A DNA stretch of 64,000 nucleotides from an uncultured virus (IMG/VR IMGVR_UViG_2897118514_000003) (taxonomy: Duplodnaviria > Heunggongvirae > Uroviricota > Caudoviricetes), in IMG/VR virus record IMGVR_UViG_2897118514_000003, positions 1 to 64,000 of that record; one strand, 5' to 3'. The position numbers and the translations under genes were made by a program. This document shows positions 13,269-24,038 of this stretch, in pieces; position 1 is the stretch's first letter; the number at the start of each line of letters is the position of its first letter. The notes below the pieces were generated by a model. That model did not search any database, was not told where the DNA came from, and saw only the letters and a list, made by a program, of their open reading frames with translations.

Positions 13269-13790
13269 TTAACAGTCCTTGTGAATTTGTTCAAATACCA
13301 TTTGTCTTGGTAACATTCCGCTGCACAAATAAACACTCTGAAAAGCTGGGTTTTTAGAAGGTTTTTCTTCGTTGTAGTCTTGGAAATATGACACCCTTGG
13401 TGAAAGATACATAACCTCTATCTTCTTATCTTTGAATAGCTCCATTTTCTCTTTACTATCAAAAAGCCCAACGACACCAACCAACATAGCGAATGGTTTG
13501 CCGAGTTCAAACAATCTCTTAAACACTTCCACTTTTTTAGAATAAGGAGGATTACTTATAATGTAATCGCAATCTATATCTAAGTTGAAAAAGTCATCTC
13601 CATTGTCTATATGAGTATTTATAACCGCATGACCAGCTTTATCTAATTCGTCAACAAAATGGCTTTCTAATGTATCAAACGGACACCACACAAGCGAATT
13701 AGGTTTAATGTACTTCTTAATCGGATGAATTGCGTATGATGGTGTGTAATATTCGTCATTTTTACTTTTATTAACTTGACCACTAATCAT
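13269..13790 (-). CDS. Small phage-type N6-adenine DNA methyltransferase
   Basis: DEYYTP, WCPFD and catalytic NPPY motifs. Confidence 0.8.
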   Translation of the reverse strand: MISGQVNKSKNDEYYTPSYAIHPIKKYIKPNSLVWCPFDTLESHFVDELDKAGHAVINTHIDNGDDFFNLDIDCDYIISNPPYSKKVEVFKRLFELGKPFAMLVGVVGLFDSKEKMELFKDKKIEVMYLSPRVSYFQDYNEEKPSKNPAFQSVYLCSGMLPRQMVFEQIHKDC

Positions 13791-14118
13791 CTGACCTCTC
13801 CCTTCCCATTACAATTGGAACATTTCATGCTCAAAGTAAAACCATTAACAATCTGAGTAAAATATTTTTTACCTTTACACTTAGGACATTTCTTCATTTT
13901 GATTTCTCCTTTCACCTTAAAGTTTCAAGGAACTAAGTGGTACTCTAAAATTCTGTTAATCTATTTATCACTCTCAAAGTTCAATATCCGCTCTTTCTTT
14001 GTTGTTGATGATCTCTTTCCTCCTTATTGATTTTAGATAAAAGTATTCTTTATTTTCTAATTTAAATTGATATTTGTTATGAGGAAACCTCTAGGAGCAT
14101 CCTCATAACATTGAAAAC

Positions 14119-14301
14119 TTACTCACTACACTTCTTACAATAAACCTTATCAGAGTGTTTACTTAATACTTTGTCTAAGATACCAACAGGCATTTTCTTT
14201 TGACTTGGCAGGGTAATATGTACCACTATTTCATCACCTGAATTAAGTACTTTACCGTAGTTTGAGCACTTTAACTCTGCATTAAAGAAATTCAACCCCA
14301 T
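14119..14301 (-). CDS. Small zinc-finger-like protein
   Basis: CSNY...YCKKC; RBS AAGGAGG; own terminator near 14076-14110. Confidence 0.55.
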   Translation of the reverse strand: MGLNFFNAELKCSNYGKVLNSGDEIVVHITLPSQKKMPVGILDKVLSKHSDKVYCKKCSE

Positions 14302-14388
14302 GAAGAAACCTCCTTATTCCCTTTATAAAGTACTGCGTTAATGCTTTATAAAAGTTTCAGTCCAAAAAGAGACTGTCTACATGGTAAA

Positions 14389-14817
14389 TTACTTCGTTCC
14401 TGTTGAACCGTGCCCACCTCGGTCATCGTTGCCTAGATAGTCTACTTCAACCAATTCAACTGCCGGCATTTTCTTCATGATTCTAAATTGACAAAGACGA
14501 TCATCCTTCTTAATTTCAGTATCACGCAATGCATAAGCAGGAAAGAACCAAAAATCGTTGTCTCCCTTGTATGACTCATCGATAACACCCATTGAATTTG
14601 TTTGAATAACGCCAAAGTTCTTATATGTGCTCGACCGAGGAACGACATGTGCTTCGTAACCTTCAGGCAACTCCATTGCTACACCTAATGGAACAAGTTT
14701 AAATTCATCTTTTTTGATTGTTACATCTTCAGCTGCACGAAGATCAATCCAATCTCCTTGCTCAATTTTGCTGATTCTTGTTTGTGTATTATCTAAATAT
14801 TTGATTTTAATTTGCAT
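14389..14817 (-). CDS. yosS: Trimeric dUTPase
   Basis: 142 aa; [27 protein letters not shown]. Confidence 0.95.
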   Translation of the reverse strand: MQIKIKYLDNTQTRISKIEQGDWIDLRAAEDVTIKKDEFKLVPLGVAMELPEGYEAHVVPRSSTYKNFGVIQTNSMGVIDESYKGDNDFWFFPAYALRDTEIKKDDRLCQFRIMKKMPAVELVEVDYLGNDDRGGHGSTGTK

Positions 14818-14888
14818 AATGTATTAGCTCCTTTTGTTTTTGGTATGTAAGTTCTTGTATTGCATTCTTCAGTTAAGCAAACTGTTCA

Positions 14889-15251
14889 TTATTGTTCGAA
14901 CTTTGCCCTCAACTCTTCATATAGCTTACGATCATGTTCTTCTTTCTCTTTGAGATACTTTTCCCTTTTTGCCTCTTGCTTCTTTTTCAACTCATTCTCA
15001 TACTCTTCCCACTCTGTTTCATCGATCACACCTTTTTCATGTAATTCTCTTTTCAGAGGGTGTAAGATCTTCTTTGCTTCATAAGCGTATAAAATTCTTG
15101 TCTCATAGTCATCATCCCAACCAGCTTGTTGACAAGTCATAAACACGCCCCCATCCTTAGTAATAATTGTTGTTTGCTCACAAAACTGATTTGCCCACAC
15201 ATAAGCAACTTCTTTACCAATTAATCCTTCTTGAGTTTCAATGAAATACAT
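14889..15251 (-). CDS. Hypothetical phage protein
   Basis: 120 aa ORF with RBS AAGGAG. Confidence 0.65.
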   Translation of the reverse strand: MYFIETQEGLIGKEVAYVWANQFCEQTTIITKDGGVFMTCQQAGWDDDYETRILYAYEAKKILHPLKRELHEKGVIDETEWEEYENELKKKQEAKREKYLKEKEEHDRKLYEELRAKFEQ

Positions 15252-15293
15252 TTATTAGCTCCTTTTAATTTAAATTTGATTAAAATTACCCTT

Positions 15294-15536
15294 TTATCGT
15301 AATTCCTTTAATAACTCATCAAGTTCATTAGGCTTAAAACCAACACTTCGGTTTACTTCTTCTCCCTGATCACTCAGCAGAATGGTTACCGGTACTCCCA
15401 TGACACCAAATCTTGCTGCTACTTCTGGTTCCTGTGTAACGTCCACTGTCTCAAAATGAATATCTGCTTGTTCTAAGTAATTGGACACCATTTTACATGG
15501 ATTGCAATTAGGCTGCTCTAATTTAATCAATCTCAT
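15294..15536 (-). CDS. yosR: Thioredoxin/NrdH-like protein
   Basis: 80 aa, CNPC active site. Confidence 0.9.
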   Translation of the reverse strand: MRLIKLEQPNCNPCKMVSNYLEQADIHFETVDVTQEPEVAARFGVMGVPVTILLSDQGEEVNRSVGFKPNELDELLKELR

Positions 15537-17330
15537 TGAATACACCCTTTCTCGGTAAAAATAAAATCAGAATCCTTTAATGGTTCAACCGTGGCTTTTT
15601 TGTACCCGTTTCCTTTAGTTGAAAAGAAGTCATGGGATTTAGTCTTAGTGCTCAAACCATTGATAACAATTGGATTAACATCCTCTTCTTCAAACCAATG
15701 ATCAAAGCCCAGATTGTTTAAAGCTTTATTTGCGTTGTATCTGATGAATTTCTTTACATCTGGAGCTAATCCAACCTGATCATAAACATCTTCTGTATAC
15801 TCCAGTTCATTTTCGTAAAGTTCCTGCAGTAAGTTTAAAGCCCATGCGTACAGTTCTTTTTGCTTCTGTGGCGTTTGCTTCTTATAAATCTCCTGAGCTA
15901 GCAATCCGATGTATGTTCCATGTATCGCTTCGTCTCTAATACCCTTAGTTCAACCGAGTTCGCTACTATCGGTTCGTTGCCTTACCGCAACCGCCTTACG
16001 TTACCGTAAGGAGCAGACTATATCATCATCCCAGTAGGATGCCTCCCGTTTCGATTTAAGGGGTTCTCACCCACGCCAATAGCTTGCGCCCTACTCGTTT
16101 TGCGGAATTTCGCCGCCTATGCGATAGTCGTTGAACGTTCTATGCGATCCCATAAAGTCTTCCATCTTCTTTTATGTCGAATTAGACTAACGTAACGAGG
16201 ATGAAGGCTGTATTTTTCACCAGCTTCAACATTGTTCATTCCAGCAATCAAATCATAGATTAAATTTGTTGCCTCCATATTAGTGAGCTTTGACATTGAA
16301 TTACTTTCTCCAGGTTGTCCTGACATTAATCCAATTTTCATTGCATGTAGAGTATTTTCTTTAGGTGTAACTATTTCTAAGTTCCGAACGTGGTTGTTTA
16401 GTTTATTTCCATCTATGTGGTTTACAAACATTCCTTTTGGTATATCATGAATAAAATATTTTGCGACTAACCTATGTACTAAATAGTTCTGTGTTCCTTT
16501 TTTCGGATGCGTGTATCCTATCATTTCATAGCCATGTGGAGTAATAAATGTCTTTCTTGGTTTCTTTAATTTTTTTGATATGATAACTCCCGTTTCCGTT
16601 ATCCACCAAGGTGCTTCTTCGACTTCTTTCCTTATCATTTTCACCTCCTTTGGGTTCGCATAGCTTCGCTGCTGATTGTCCTAATAAGGATTTTCCAGCA
16701 ATTAGAGAGGTTCACATTTGCCGTTGCCGACAAAAGGGACTATTAAATAATCAGGTTAATGATCTCTCCACTTTGCATGAGTTTCCCTTGTCCATAAAAA
16801 TAAAGTGGGTAATAAAATCCTGAGTAGAAAAGGAAGCTCTCTAGAAACACAGATGCAACCATTGCTCTGAATAAGGAAATTTCATCGTTCTTCTCAACTG
16901 CTTTATAAATTGAAACAATTGTTCTAGCCTTCTTTTGAAGAAACCTATTGTTTTTCACCCATTCGAAGACTTCATTGATCTTCTCGGTTGGAGCCAAAGT
17001 TAGAAAGATGTTGCTGTACGACTTCGCATGGACAGCGTTCTCCATCATCGCCATAAAGTTCAGCACCGCTTTCCGCTGGTGGCCGTCTACGTGTTCAGCC
17101 ACGATCGGCATCCCCGTATTCCCCTGCTCTGTATCAAGAAGCGTAAGTCCGGCCAGTACCTTCATATAAGTATCCTGCTCATTTTTTCCGAGGTACTTCC
17201 ATGTGAGGAGATCGCCGTTTAAAGCAATCTCTTCCGGAAGCCAGAACTGTTTCACGTTTTGGTTATAGAACATTTGGGTAAAATCGTCTTCATGCTTTGA
17301 CCAGTTTGCTGCGTCATAAATTTTTGTCAA
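15533..17330 (-). CDS. nrdF: Class Ib ribonucleotide reductase beta subunit; exons 17330-16750 and 15941-15533 (329 aa)
   Basis: Splicing restores [15 protein letters not shown]; exon lengths 581+409=990 nt. Confidence 0.93.
15942..16749 (-). mobile_element. Group I intron (808 nt) in nrdF carrying an HNH endonuclease
   Basis: Exon ends in U, intron ends in G, frame restored; length equals the recalled SPbeta bnrdF intron. Confidence 0.9.
16117..16638 (-). CDS. yosQ: Intron-encoded HNH homing endonuclease
   Basis: 173 aa; VHRLVA...[29 protein letters not shown]. Confidence 0.92.
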   Translation of the reverse strand: MIRKEVEEAPWWITETGVIISKKLKKPRKTFITPHGYEMIGYTHPKKGTQNYLVHRLVAKYFIHDIPKGMFVNHIDGNKLNNHVRNLEIVTPKENTLHAMKIGLMSGQPGESNSMSKLTNMEATNLIYDLIAGMNNVEAGEKYSLHPRYVSLIRHKRRWKTLWDRIERSTTIA

Positions 17331-17444
17331 AAATATTCTCCTATCTTAAAAAATTTTAGATTTGACACTGTAAAACCACCCTCTTTGAAGCCCTTATATA
17401 CGGGGTAATAAAGCCCCTAAAATTATAAGAGGATGGTTTTACTT

Positions 17445-17627
17445 ATGAATAAAAACGTTCAAAAAATTATCTTTATGTTCCTTGTTAATCTAGGGCTATC
17501 ACTGTGTTTTGAAGGGAATTTAACAAATGCTATTTTAATGAATATCCTTCTTTTAATTTCTGAACTATTGTATGAATACTATTTTTATAGAGTTAATCAG
17601 ACAACACAAGATAGACATGAATCCTGA
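17445..17627 (+). CDS. Small hydrophobic protein antisense to the nrd operon
   Basis: 60 aa, two hydrophobic stretches; RBS AAGAGGA lies in an inverted repeat. Confidence 0.45.
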   Translation: MNKNVQKIIFMFLVNLGLSLCFEGNLTNAILMNILLLISELLYEYYFYRVNQTTQDRHES

Positions 17628-19948
17628 CCAGTATCCTTAGTTCTCGCATAGTACAAGGTCTTAATTCCTCGATGATGAGCGTAGAGATCTATTCTATTCA
17701 GGTCTCTCGTTGTCATCGTATCTTTCAGGAACAAGGTAAATGAAATTCCTTGATCGACATGCTGCTGAATCGTTGCAATAAGATCAACTACCTTAAACAT
17801 ATCCATGTCATAACCTTCTTTATAAAAGAACCAGTTCTGAGGTGATAAACCTGGCATCGGATAATAAGTCTTACTGTTACCGTAGGTACGTTCTTCAATT
17901 CGCTCCATAATTGGCATTACACCTGCTGTAGATGATTGAACATATGAGATACTTCCCGTAGGTGCAATAGCCTGCCTATACGAGTGATACAGTCCATATT
18001 TCATCACATCTTCTTTAAGCTTCATCCAATCTTCAATATTCGGAATATGCTGATCTCCAAATAGTTTTTTAACCTTTTCATACTGAGGGCTATAATCATT
18101 TGTTATGTACTTTTCGAAATACTCGCCTGATTTATAAGTCGAACCATCAAACTTGTAGTATGTCTCCCCTGTTTCTCGTGCAATTTCCATTGAACGCTGC
18201 AGGGAGTAGAAGTTAACCATCATAAAGTATGTATTAACAAAATCCTTAGCTTCTTCACTTTCATAAGCAATATTATTTTGAGCTAGAAATCCATGGAGGT
18301 TCATCTGCCCTAGACCAATTGATCTCATTAGTGTATTTGCTCTCGCAACAGCTGGAGCATTTACAATGTTTGTTTTCCTTGTGACTGTGGTCAGTGAGTC
18401 AATAGCTATTCTGACTGTTGAAGCAATTGATTGATTACTCATTACATTTACAATGTTCATTGAGCCAAGATTGCAAGAGATATCTAATCCAATTTCATCT
18501 TCTTGATCGTAATCTGTATAAACTGATACCTGTGATGATTGGAGGACTTCAGAACACAAATTAGAAAACTTCACTTTTGAAATATGTTCATTTGGATGCA
18601 CTTTATTTACGTTGTCAGCAAACATGATATAAGGATAGCCAGATTCACTTCTTAGAATGGCCAATTGCTCCAACAACTTTCGAGCATTCCCTTTTGATTT
18701 TCTAACCCTCGGGTTTTCGACAAGCTCATCATACATATCATTGATATCCATCTCATCGAGATACTGCCCGTATTCTTTGTAAACTGAATGAGGATAGAAC
18801 ATGTAATAGTCCTTGTCTTCCCTTGCCAGTTCAATGAACTTATCAGGAACAACCACACCAATGGATAGTGTTTTAACTCGGACATCTTCATCAGCACTTA
18901 TTTTTTTGGTATCAAGGAAGTCTGTAATGTCTGGATGGAATACACTTAGATAAGCCGCTCCTGATCCTTGTCTTTGCAGACCATTCAAACGTGTTCGCTA
19001 AGCACGCCCCGCCATATGGCTGCTTCATGTTACCATGAAGGTTAGACTATATCTTCACCCTCTAAGGGCGCCTCCTGTTTCGACTGCCAATAGCTTGCAG
19101 CCTACGCCTTTCGGCTAGTCGTTGCACGTTCAAGACTTAGTCTTGCTTCGCTCATGATTGTCCCTGTAGGAGTTCCCATGAATTAAAGAGGTTTTCGATC
19201 ACCATTGCTGATGAAAGGGGCCAAATCAACCCATTTGGTCGGCATATCTGAAGGCATTATCTAGAAGTTTCATAACACCTACGACACCTTTAGTCGCATT
19301 CTCTACGTCTTTAATCGCTTCACCTTTGGCTCTTAGTTTGTTTAGATTTAATGCTACTCCTCCACCTAGCTTAGAAAGTTGCATGGAGATATCGATCGCT
19401 CTTGAAATATCATTCAAACTGTCGCCTATTTCAAGTAAGAAGCAGCTCACCATTTCACCTCTTCGCTTACGTCCAGCATTAAGGAAAGTAGGTGTTGCCG
19501 GCTGATACTCTTGTTTCATCATAGTATGTACTTCCTCAACTGCTTTCTCGTAATCCCCATCAGCACAATATAGAGCTACAATTGAGACACGATCCTCGTA
19601 CCTTTCCAGGATCTTTGTTTTATCGTTTGTCTTCAATGCGTAGTCATTGTAGAACTTAAATGCACTCATAAAAGATGGGAATCTGAATTTGTAACTGTAA
19701 GCAATCTTATAAATTGATTTAATCTGTTCAAATGTATATTTGCTTAGGAATTCTTCTTCGTAATAATCATTTTTAATCAGATAATCCAACTTCTCTTTTA
19801 AATCATGGAAAAAGACTGTGTTTTGATTAATGTAGTCAACAAAGTAACTATGTACGGCCTCCTTATCCTTTTGGAATTGATACTTCCCATCTTTCTGAAT
19901 CATGATCTCATTATTGAGCTTGATCCACTTTGGTATTGTGTTTGTCAA
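17597..19948 (-). CDS. nrdE: Class Ib ribonucleotide reductase alpha subunit; exons 19948-19229 and 18976-17597 (699 aa), no intein
   Basis: TTG start after AGGAGG; splicing restores YADQMGQRQGSG; FSNLCSE intact; C-terminal CLSC. Confidence 0.93.
18977..19228 (-). mobile_element. Group I intron (252 nt) in nrdE, no ORF
   Basis: Exon ends GGU, intron ends in G before CAA AGA; shares GATATAGTCT core with the nrdF intron; length equals the recalled SPbeta bnrdE intron. Confidence 0.9.
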
Positions 19949-20306
19949 TAAGTTGTACCTCCTGAATGATCTTCTGTAAGTCATGTTTCGTTCCACTAAG
20001 TTCAAATTTTAATAACAATGGTGTGTGGAACTTAGCTGAAAGCTTGTCTCCAGCTAAACCATAGTTATCACCCCAAACCTTGTTACCACTAACAGCAACT
20101 CCCCTTATTTTATTTTTATTCTTATTGATAAAACTCAAAGTCCTTTCAGGTACTTCCCCAAAGCCTATCGTATATGTAATATGTATGAACTCTTGAGTGA
20201 TGATCGTATCATCAGTTATTTCAATTGCCTCAATGTCTAACTCTTGTTGCAACGCTTTTACAAACCTTCTTACATTGCCAGTTTTACTCTCATATGTAAT
20301 GATCAC
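19911..20306 (-). CDS. nrdI: NrdI flavodoxin
   Basis: YESKTGNV, TYTIGFG, SGNKVWG. Confidence 0.95.
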   Translation of the reverse strand: MIITYESKTGNVRRFVKALQQELDIEAIEITDDTIITQEFIHITYTIGFGEVPERTLSFINKNKNKIRGVAVSGNKVWGDNYGLAGDKLSAKFHTPLLLKFELSGTKHDLQKIIQEVQLIDKHNTKVDQAQ

Positions 20307-20659
20307 TAATCGTTATAGGCTCCTGTAATTAATCTTGTAGTTGCACATTCAGCTTCATTTTCAACATGATTAAATACTTCTGATATCTCACGATTAATGT
20401 CGCCCATTTCCATGTAGCCCTGTGCCATACTTTCATATAAGGAACTCTTCTTAACTGGAACGTAATCATCTAGATTCTTTTCTAATTCAACAAATTGATT
20501 TCCCTGTTGGTCAGTTGCAATAATCTCTCCTTTTAATACAGGAAAAGATTGCCCATCAGCTAAATGAATATGAGTGTTCTCATCGGCTATTGTAAAGCTA
20601 ATAATGTTCTTCTTTTTTACATATTGTTGAGTTGGATCAATACGTCTAGCTGCCCCCAT
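20306..20659 (-). CDS. yosL: YosL, protein with a MazE-like C-terminus
   Basis: 117 aa; YESMAQGYMEMGDINREIS...ENEAE resembles the B. subtilis MazE tail and AimX. Confidence 0.85.
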   Translation of the reverse strand: MGAARRIDPTQQYVKKKNIISFTIADENTHIHLADGQSFPVLKGEIIATDQQGNQFVELEKNLDDYVPVKKSSLYESMAQGYMEMGDINREISEVFNHVENEAECATTRLITGAYND

Positions 20660-20709
20660 TTTACATCTCCTTATTTTTTGTTTTTATTTTGAATAAAGCT
20701 GTGATTTTA

Positions 20710-20910
20710 TCAAGATTTTTTGTTTGGCCATCCTTCGCCAAGAAGCTTTTTAGCCCCTTCAACATCTGTGAATCTCTCAATCTTGTGTCTATAATCATCG
20801 ATCCACCGGTAAACACATACAGCATTTTCTTCTACTTTCATGACAGTGTATTGCTGCATAGGATCTTCTAAAAGGTGAAGCTTCTGATCTTTATAAAATC
20901 CTGGAATCAT
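20710..20910 (-). CDS. yosK: Hypothetical phage protein
   Basis: 66 aa, synteny. Confidence 0.6.
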   Translation of the reverse strand: MIPGFYKDQKLHLLEDPMQQYTVMKVEENAVCVYRWIDDYRHKIERFTDVEGAKKLLGEGWPNKKS

Positions 20911-20942
20911 ATAATATCCTCCTCTTAATTTATTTTTATTCT

Positions 20943-21209
20943 TTAAAGTAAACTTCCATCCATAATCAAAACTCTTTCTTCATTACTTTGAAGTTCTTCG
21001 AGAACGTCTGATATTGGGGACAGTTCCTGATCCTCGGTTACTGTTCGGCTGTGTTTAACAGCTGCGTACAACATACCAACTTCTTTGATCTCATCTCTTA
21101 AGTTCCCGTCATCATCCGCAACTTCTTCTGTATATAGCTTTATTGCCTTTTCCTTTGTATTTGCTTTAATTAATGCGTAGTATGGGTCACACACCTCAAA
21201 GAATTTCAT
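20943..21209 (-). CDS. Hypothetical phage protein
   Basis: 88 aa, PYYALIKA motif. Confidence 0.65.
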   Translation of the reverse strand: MKFFEVCDPYYALIKANTKEKAIKLYTEEVADDDGNLRDEIKEVGMLYAAVKHSRTVTEDQELSPISDVLEELQSNEERVLIMDGSLL

Positions 21210-21225
21210 CTTATTACATCATCTC

Positions 21226-21438
21226 CTAATTGATTTTTGTAAACCTATTTACCTCTTTTCCATCAACAACAATTTTTTCAAAGAACATTTCTTTAGGCCT
21301 TGCCCACAGAATGCCATCCATGTCTTCATATGTAACAAGCTTCTCTTCTGTCTCAGTATGAATTACCTCTCCAATAACCTTATATAGACCGCCTTTATAA
21401 TGTTTAAACCGACAACCAACCACTTCGTATGTATCCAT
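21226..21438 (-). CDS. DUF1653-family protein
   Basis: FKHYKGGLYKV...HTETEE...WARP..MF. Confidence 0.75.
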   Translation of the reverse strand: MDTYEVVGCRFKHYKGGLYKVIGEVIHTETEEKLVTYEDMDGILWARPKEMFFEKIVVDGKEVNRFTKIN

Positions 21439-21472
21439 CTTATACGTTTCCTTTCTCTTTAAAATCATCCTT

Positions 21473-21829
21473 TTAAAGTAATGAATAAAATCCCAGTTCG
21501 CTGACTGCCCCGCCAGCCATTGTTTTGAGCACTTTGAATTCTAATTTAACTGCCAAGTCTCCTGCCATGTTGAAATGAATTTTATTAATGTCCACCTTTA
21601 ACACCTTTGTTTCGCCCTCATAACTTGTCAATTTCATTTTAAGTGGACTTTTTATCCCCTCATTCAAATCAAACACCTTATATGCTGTTGAATTCTTACC
21701 AGTGTTTATAGTAATCCTGTCCTCATCCTCAACAGCTTCAATGTTCTGGTAGTGAAGAACAATTTTCGTTTCCTTCGGTAAATAATTATTAAATTTTTCT
21801 TTATAAACAGAGATTTCCTTTAAAATCAT
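21473..21829 (-). CDS. Hypothetical protein bracketed by junction palindromes 21460 and 21858
   Basis: 118 aa; stop codon is part of the palindrome arm. Confidence 0.7.
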   Translation of the reverse strand: MILKEISVYKEKFNNYLPKETKIVLHYQNIEAVEDEDRITINTGKNSTAYKVFDLNEGIKSPLKMKLTSYEGETKVLKVDINKIHFNMAGDLAVKLEFKVLKTMAGGAVSELGFYSLL

Positions 21830-21870
21830 ATCTGCCTCTCCTTTTGCAAAATTGGTTTAAAATAAAACTT

Positions 21871-21996
21871 TTATTTAGACTTATTGTCGTTTTGCAAAAT
21901 GGTGTCAGCAGGTAAAGTTGTAATTTTCATTTCGCCGATTGTTTCACTAGTTGATTTCTTTTTGAAAATAATTTTTGCAGCATTGACATCACTCAT
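21871..21996 (-). CDS. 41-aa protein (YosF-like)
   Basis: MSDVNAAKIIFKKK...NDNKSK read manually; stop in palindrome arm. Confidence 0.6.
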   Translation of the reverse strand: MSDVNAAKIIFKKKSTSETIGEMKITTLPADTILQNDNKSK

Positions 21997-22013
21997 CTTG
22001 AATGCCTCCTTCG

Positions 22014-22361
22014 TTAAATAAACAGTGTGCTAACATACAGAACAATCAATGCGAAAGCTGAATGAAGTAAAGACTTACCGGCTTTCTTGAAAATGTTCTC
22101 ATCTTTTTCCTGATCTGACCGTTTTACACCTTTGACAAATACGTTGAGTAAAACACCAATAACAAATGCATGAGGTAAAGTGACATGGACATTTTGAATG
22201 TTGTATGTATCAATAAGCAAAGGATTTAACACGTGATTCAATCCGTAATAAACAATTAGTGACATAGTCAACGCTTCAACAAAAATAAGTAATCCAACTA
22301 CAATTAACGAACCTGACCCAATAAAGAAACCGCTCCAAATATCCTTTGTATCCTTATTCAA
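22014..22361 (-). CDS. yosE: Membrane protein
   Basis: 115 aa, hydrophobic; synteny. Confidence 0.6.
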   Translation of the reverse strand: MNKDTKDIWSGFFIGSGSLIVVGLLIFVEALTMSLIVYYGLNHVLNPLLIDTYNIQNVHVTLPHAFVIGVLLNVFVKGVKRSDQEKDENIFKKAGKSLLHSAFALIVLYVSTLFI

Positions 22362-22375
22362 TAAATATCTCTCCT

Positions 22376-22783
22376 TTAGTCTTTTTTAATTAGCCTCTTC
22401 CACCAGGAATTTTTACGTTTTTCTTCTTGCTCTTTAAAGCGTTCATATTCTTGTTTAAGTTGCTGATTAAATTCCTCGATATTTTCTTGTTTTTGAATTG
22501 CTTTTTCAAGACTCTCTTTATCTTCAACTGTTTTAATGATCTTGTCAGTCTGATATGTCCATTCATTTTTTGTGTTGCGTTGCCTGTCTGTTACGACTAC
22601 ATATTCGTTAAACCCTGGGATATACACTTTCCCTCCGACTTCAATTGGGTCTAAGTCGATAACTCCTTCAAAAAATGGCTGGTATTCACATTGCTGCTCA
22701 ATTGGGACAAGGGCATCACACAGGCCTAATGTCCAACTTTTTTTAATTACCTTCCCTTCAAACTTAGCTTGATGTCTCCCCAC
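22376..22783 (-). CDS. Hypothetical protein (YosD-like)
   Basis: 135 aa; RBS AAGGAGGTG. Confidence 0.65.
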   Translation of the reverse strand: MGRHQAKFEGKVIKKSWTLGLCDALVPIEQQCEYQPFFEGVIDLDPIEVGGKVYIPGFNEYVVVTDRQRNTKNEWTYQTDKIIKTVEDKESLEKAIQKQENIEEFNQQLKQEYERFKEQEEKRKNSWWKRLIKKD

Positions 22784-22795
22784 TTATTCACCTCC

Positions 22796-23116
22796 TTAAA
22801 TGTAGCTCCCCATTTCATATTCTGTTATGATTCCTTGTTCAATAAAATTGGCCATAATTTCTTGCACTTTATCATTAGTAACGTATGGGAATTCAAGTTC
22901 CTCTCTTGTGCAAGCTTTCATATAGTATTGATAATCATATGGCTGTAAGTATCTTTCATCTAATACGTCAATTTCACCCTTGAGACTCTTTTTATGTATT
23001 GTTAAATTAAATGTGATGTTAGGTTGAATTGATTTTATGAAGTACCACTTTGATTTCACCTGATCCGTAAAACCAATATCCCTCATTTGTTTATCTTCAA
23101 GAATATGAAACTTCAT
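22796..23116 (-). CDS. Hypothetical phage protein
   Basis: 106 aa ORF. Confidence 0.6.
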   Translation of the reverse strand: MKFHILEDKQMRDIGFTDQVKSKWYFIKSIQPNITFNLTIHKKSLKGEIDVLDERYLQPYDYQYYMKACTREELEFPYVTNDKVQEIMANFIEQGIITEYEMGSYI

Positions 23117-23540
23117 TATCTTCCCTCATTGATGATTTTCTTTAATGCTTTTAGAAGCATATTTAGTGATTTCTTGTCACCCATTTCATCCCGATTGACT
23201 TCAATAAAGTGAACTGCTGACGTTAATTTATCCTGCATTTCAGTTGCTCCTTTCACGATAAAAATTGAATTTTATTTAGACATTACTGATAATCAATAAA
23301 ACCAAGCCGGCTATGAATGACATTCCAGCTATAACTAATAATCCAAAAGCAATTTGAGGTTTTATTCTCCTTTTCGATCCATATGTATCTATTGATACAA
23401 GCCCAATCAACAAAAGACCGATGATTTCAAGGACATTAATTGCAAATTGCACTGTGCCACTCCTTATTATTTGTTTTGATTTGTCACATACTGCGCTTAC
23501 CCGGGAAATTATGAATATTTTCTTCTGACTATTTCCTCTT

Positions 23541-23713
23541 TTATAAGTCCACCAACAGCAACCCGTCTAACCCATACACTCTATCTCTTTCAGTTAACTT
23601 TCCGTTTTTTCTATTGTCTTCAATGCATTTTCTGCTTGTTTTCGATTTGAGTAAATATGTGGGTGGTAACCATAGAGATATTTCCCTTCACTCTTTGCAG
23701 CAATTACGAACAT
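23541..23713 (-). pseudogene. YorY-like small gene with a 1-nt deletion in an A-run near 23607
   Basis: MFVIAAKSEGKYLYGYHPH...KTIEK continues in another frame as NGKLTERDRVYGLDGLLLVDL. Confidence 0.55.
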
Positions 23714-23770
23714 GTTCATTGCTCATCTCTCCATTCTGGATAAAAGGAATATTTTATAGTAATTTTATTT

Positions 23771-23962
23771 TTATTCTAATTGTAACTTCAAAAATTTTAG
23801 TGTCTTTTCTAATTTCATGGCCATACAATGTTCCAAACAATTTTTCTGCAATTCTTCACCGCATTCTTTATGTACCGGAAATTCTTTATAATCCTTGTCG
23901 TCAGTAATTCTTATGTAATAGACAGTCCCGTCAATATGCTCTTTACATTTTGCGCACCCCAT
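23771..23962 (-). CDS. Small Cys-rich protein
   Basis: 63 aa, CAKC...HKEC; follows a promoter. Confidence 0.6.
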   Translation of the reverse strand: MGCAKCKEHIDGTVYYIRITDDKDYKEFPVHKECGEELQKNCLEHCMAMKLEKTLKFLKLQLE

Positions 23963-23988
23963 ATCCTCACCTCTCTTCTTATGAATCT

Positions 23989-24038
23989 AGCATACTCTTT
24001 ATTGTCTATCCAGTCAATAGTAATTTTAATTTTATTCT
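23989..24038 (-). promoter_or_regulatory. Sigma-A promoter with upstream repeat element
   Basis: AGAATAAAATTAAAATTACTA-TTGACT-N17-TATGCT. Confidence 0.7.

Noticed and set aside
14038..14052. Degenerate palindromes at 14038, 13258, 48561 and 57106
   Set aside because: Wrong spacer length or two mismatches; excluded from the count
17362..17390. TTGACA as -35 for the antisense mini-gene
   Set aside because: No credible -10 at 16-18 bp; the promoter remains unidentified
19949..20005. N-terminal extension of nrdE
   Set aside because: TTG at 19948 follows AGGAGG and gives the expected MTNTIPKW start
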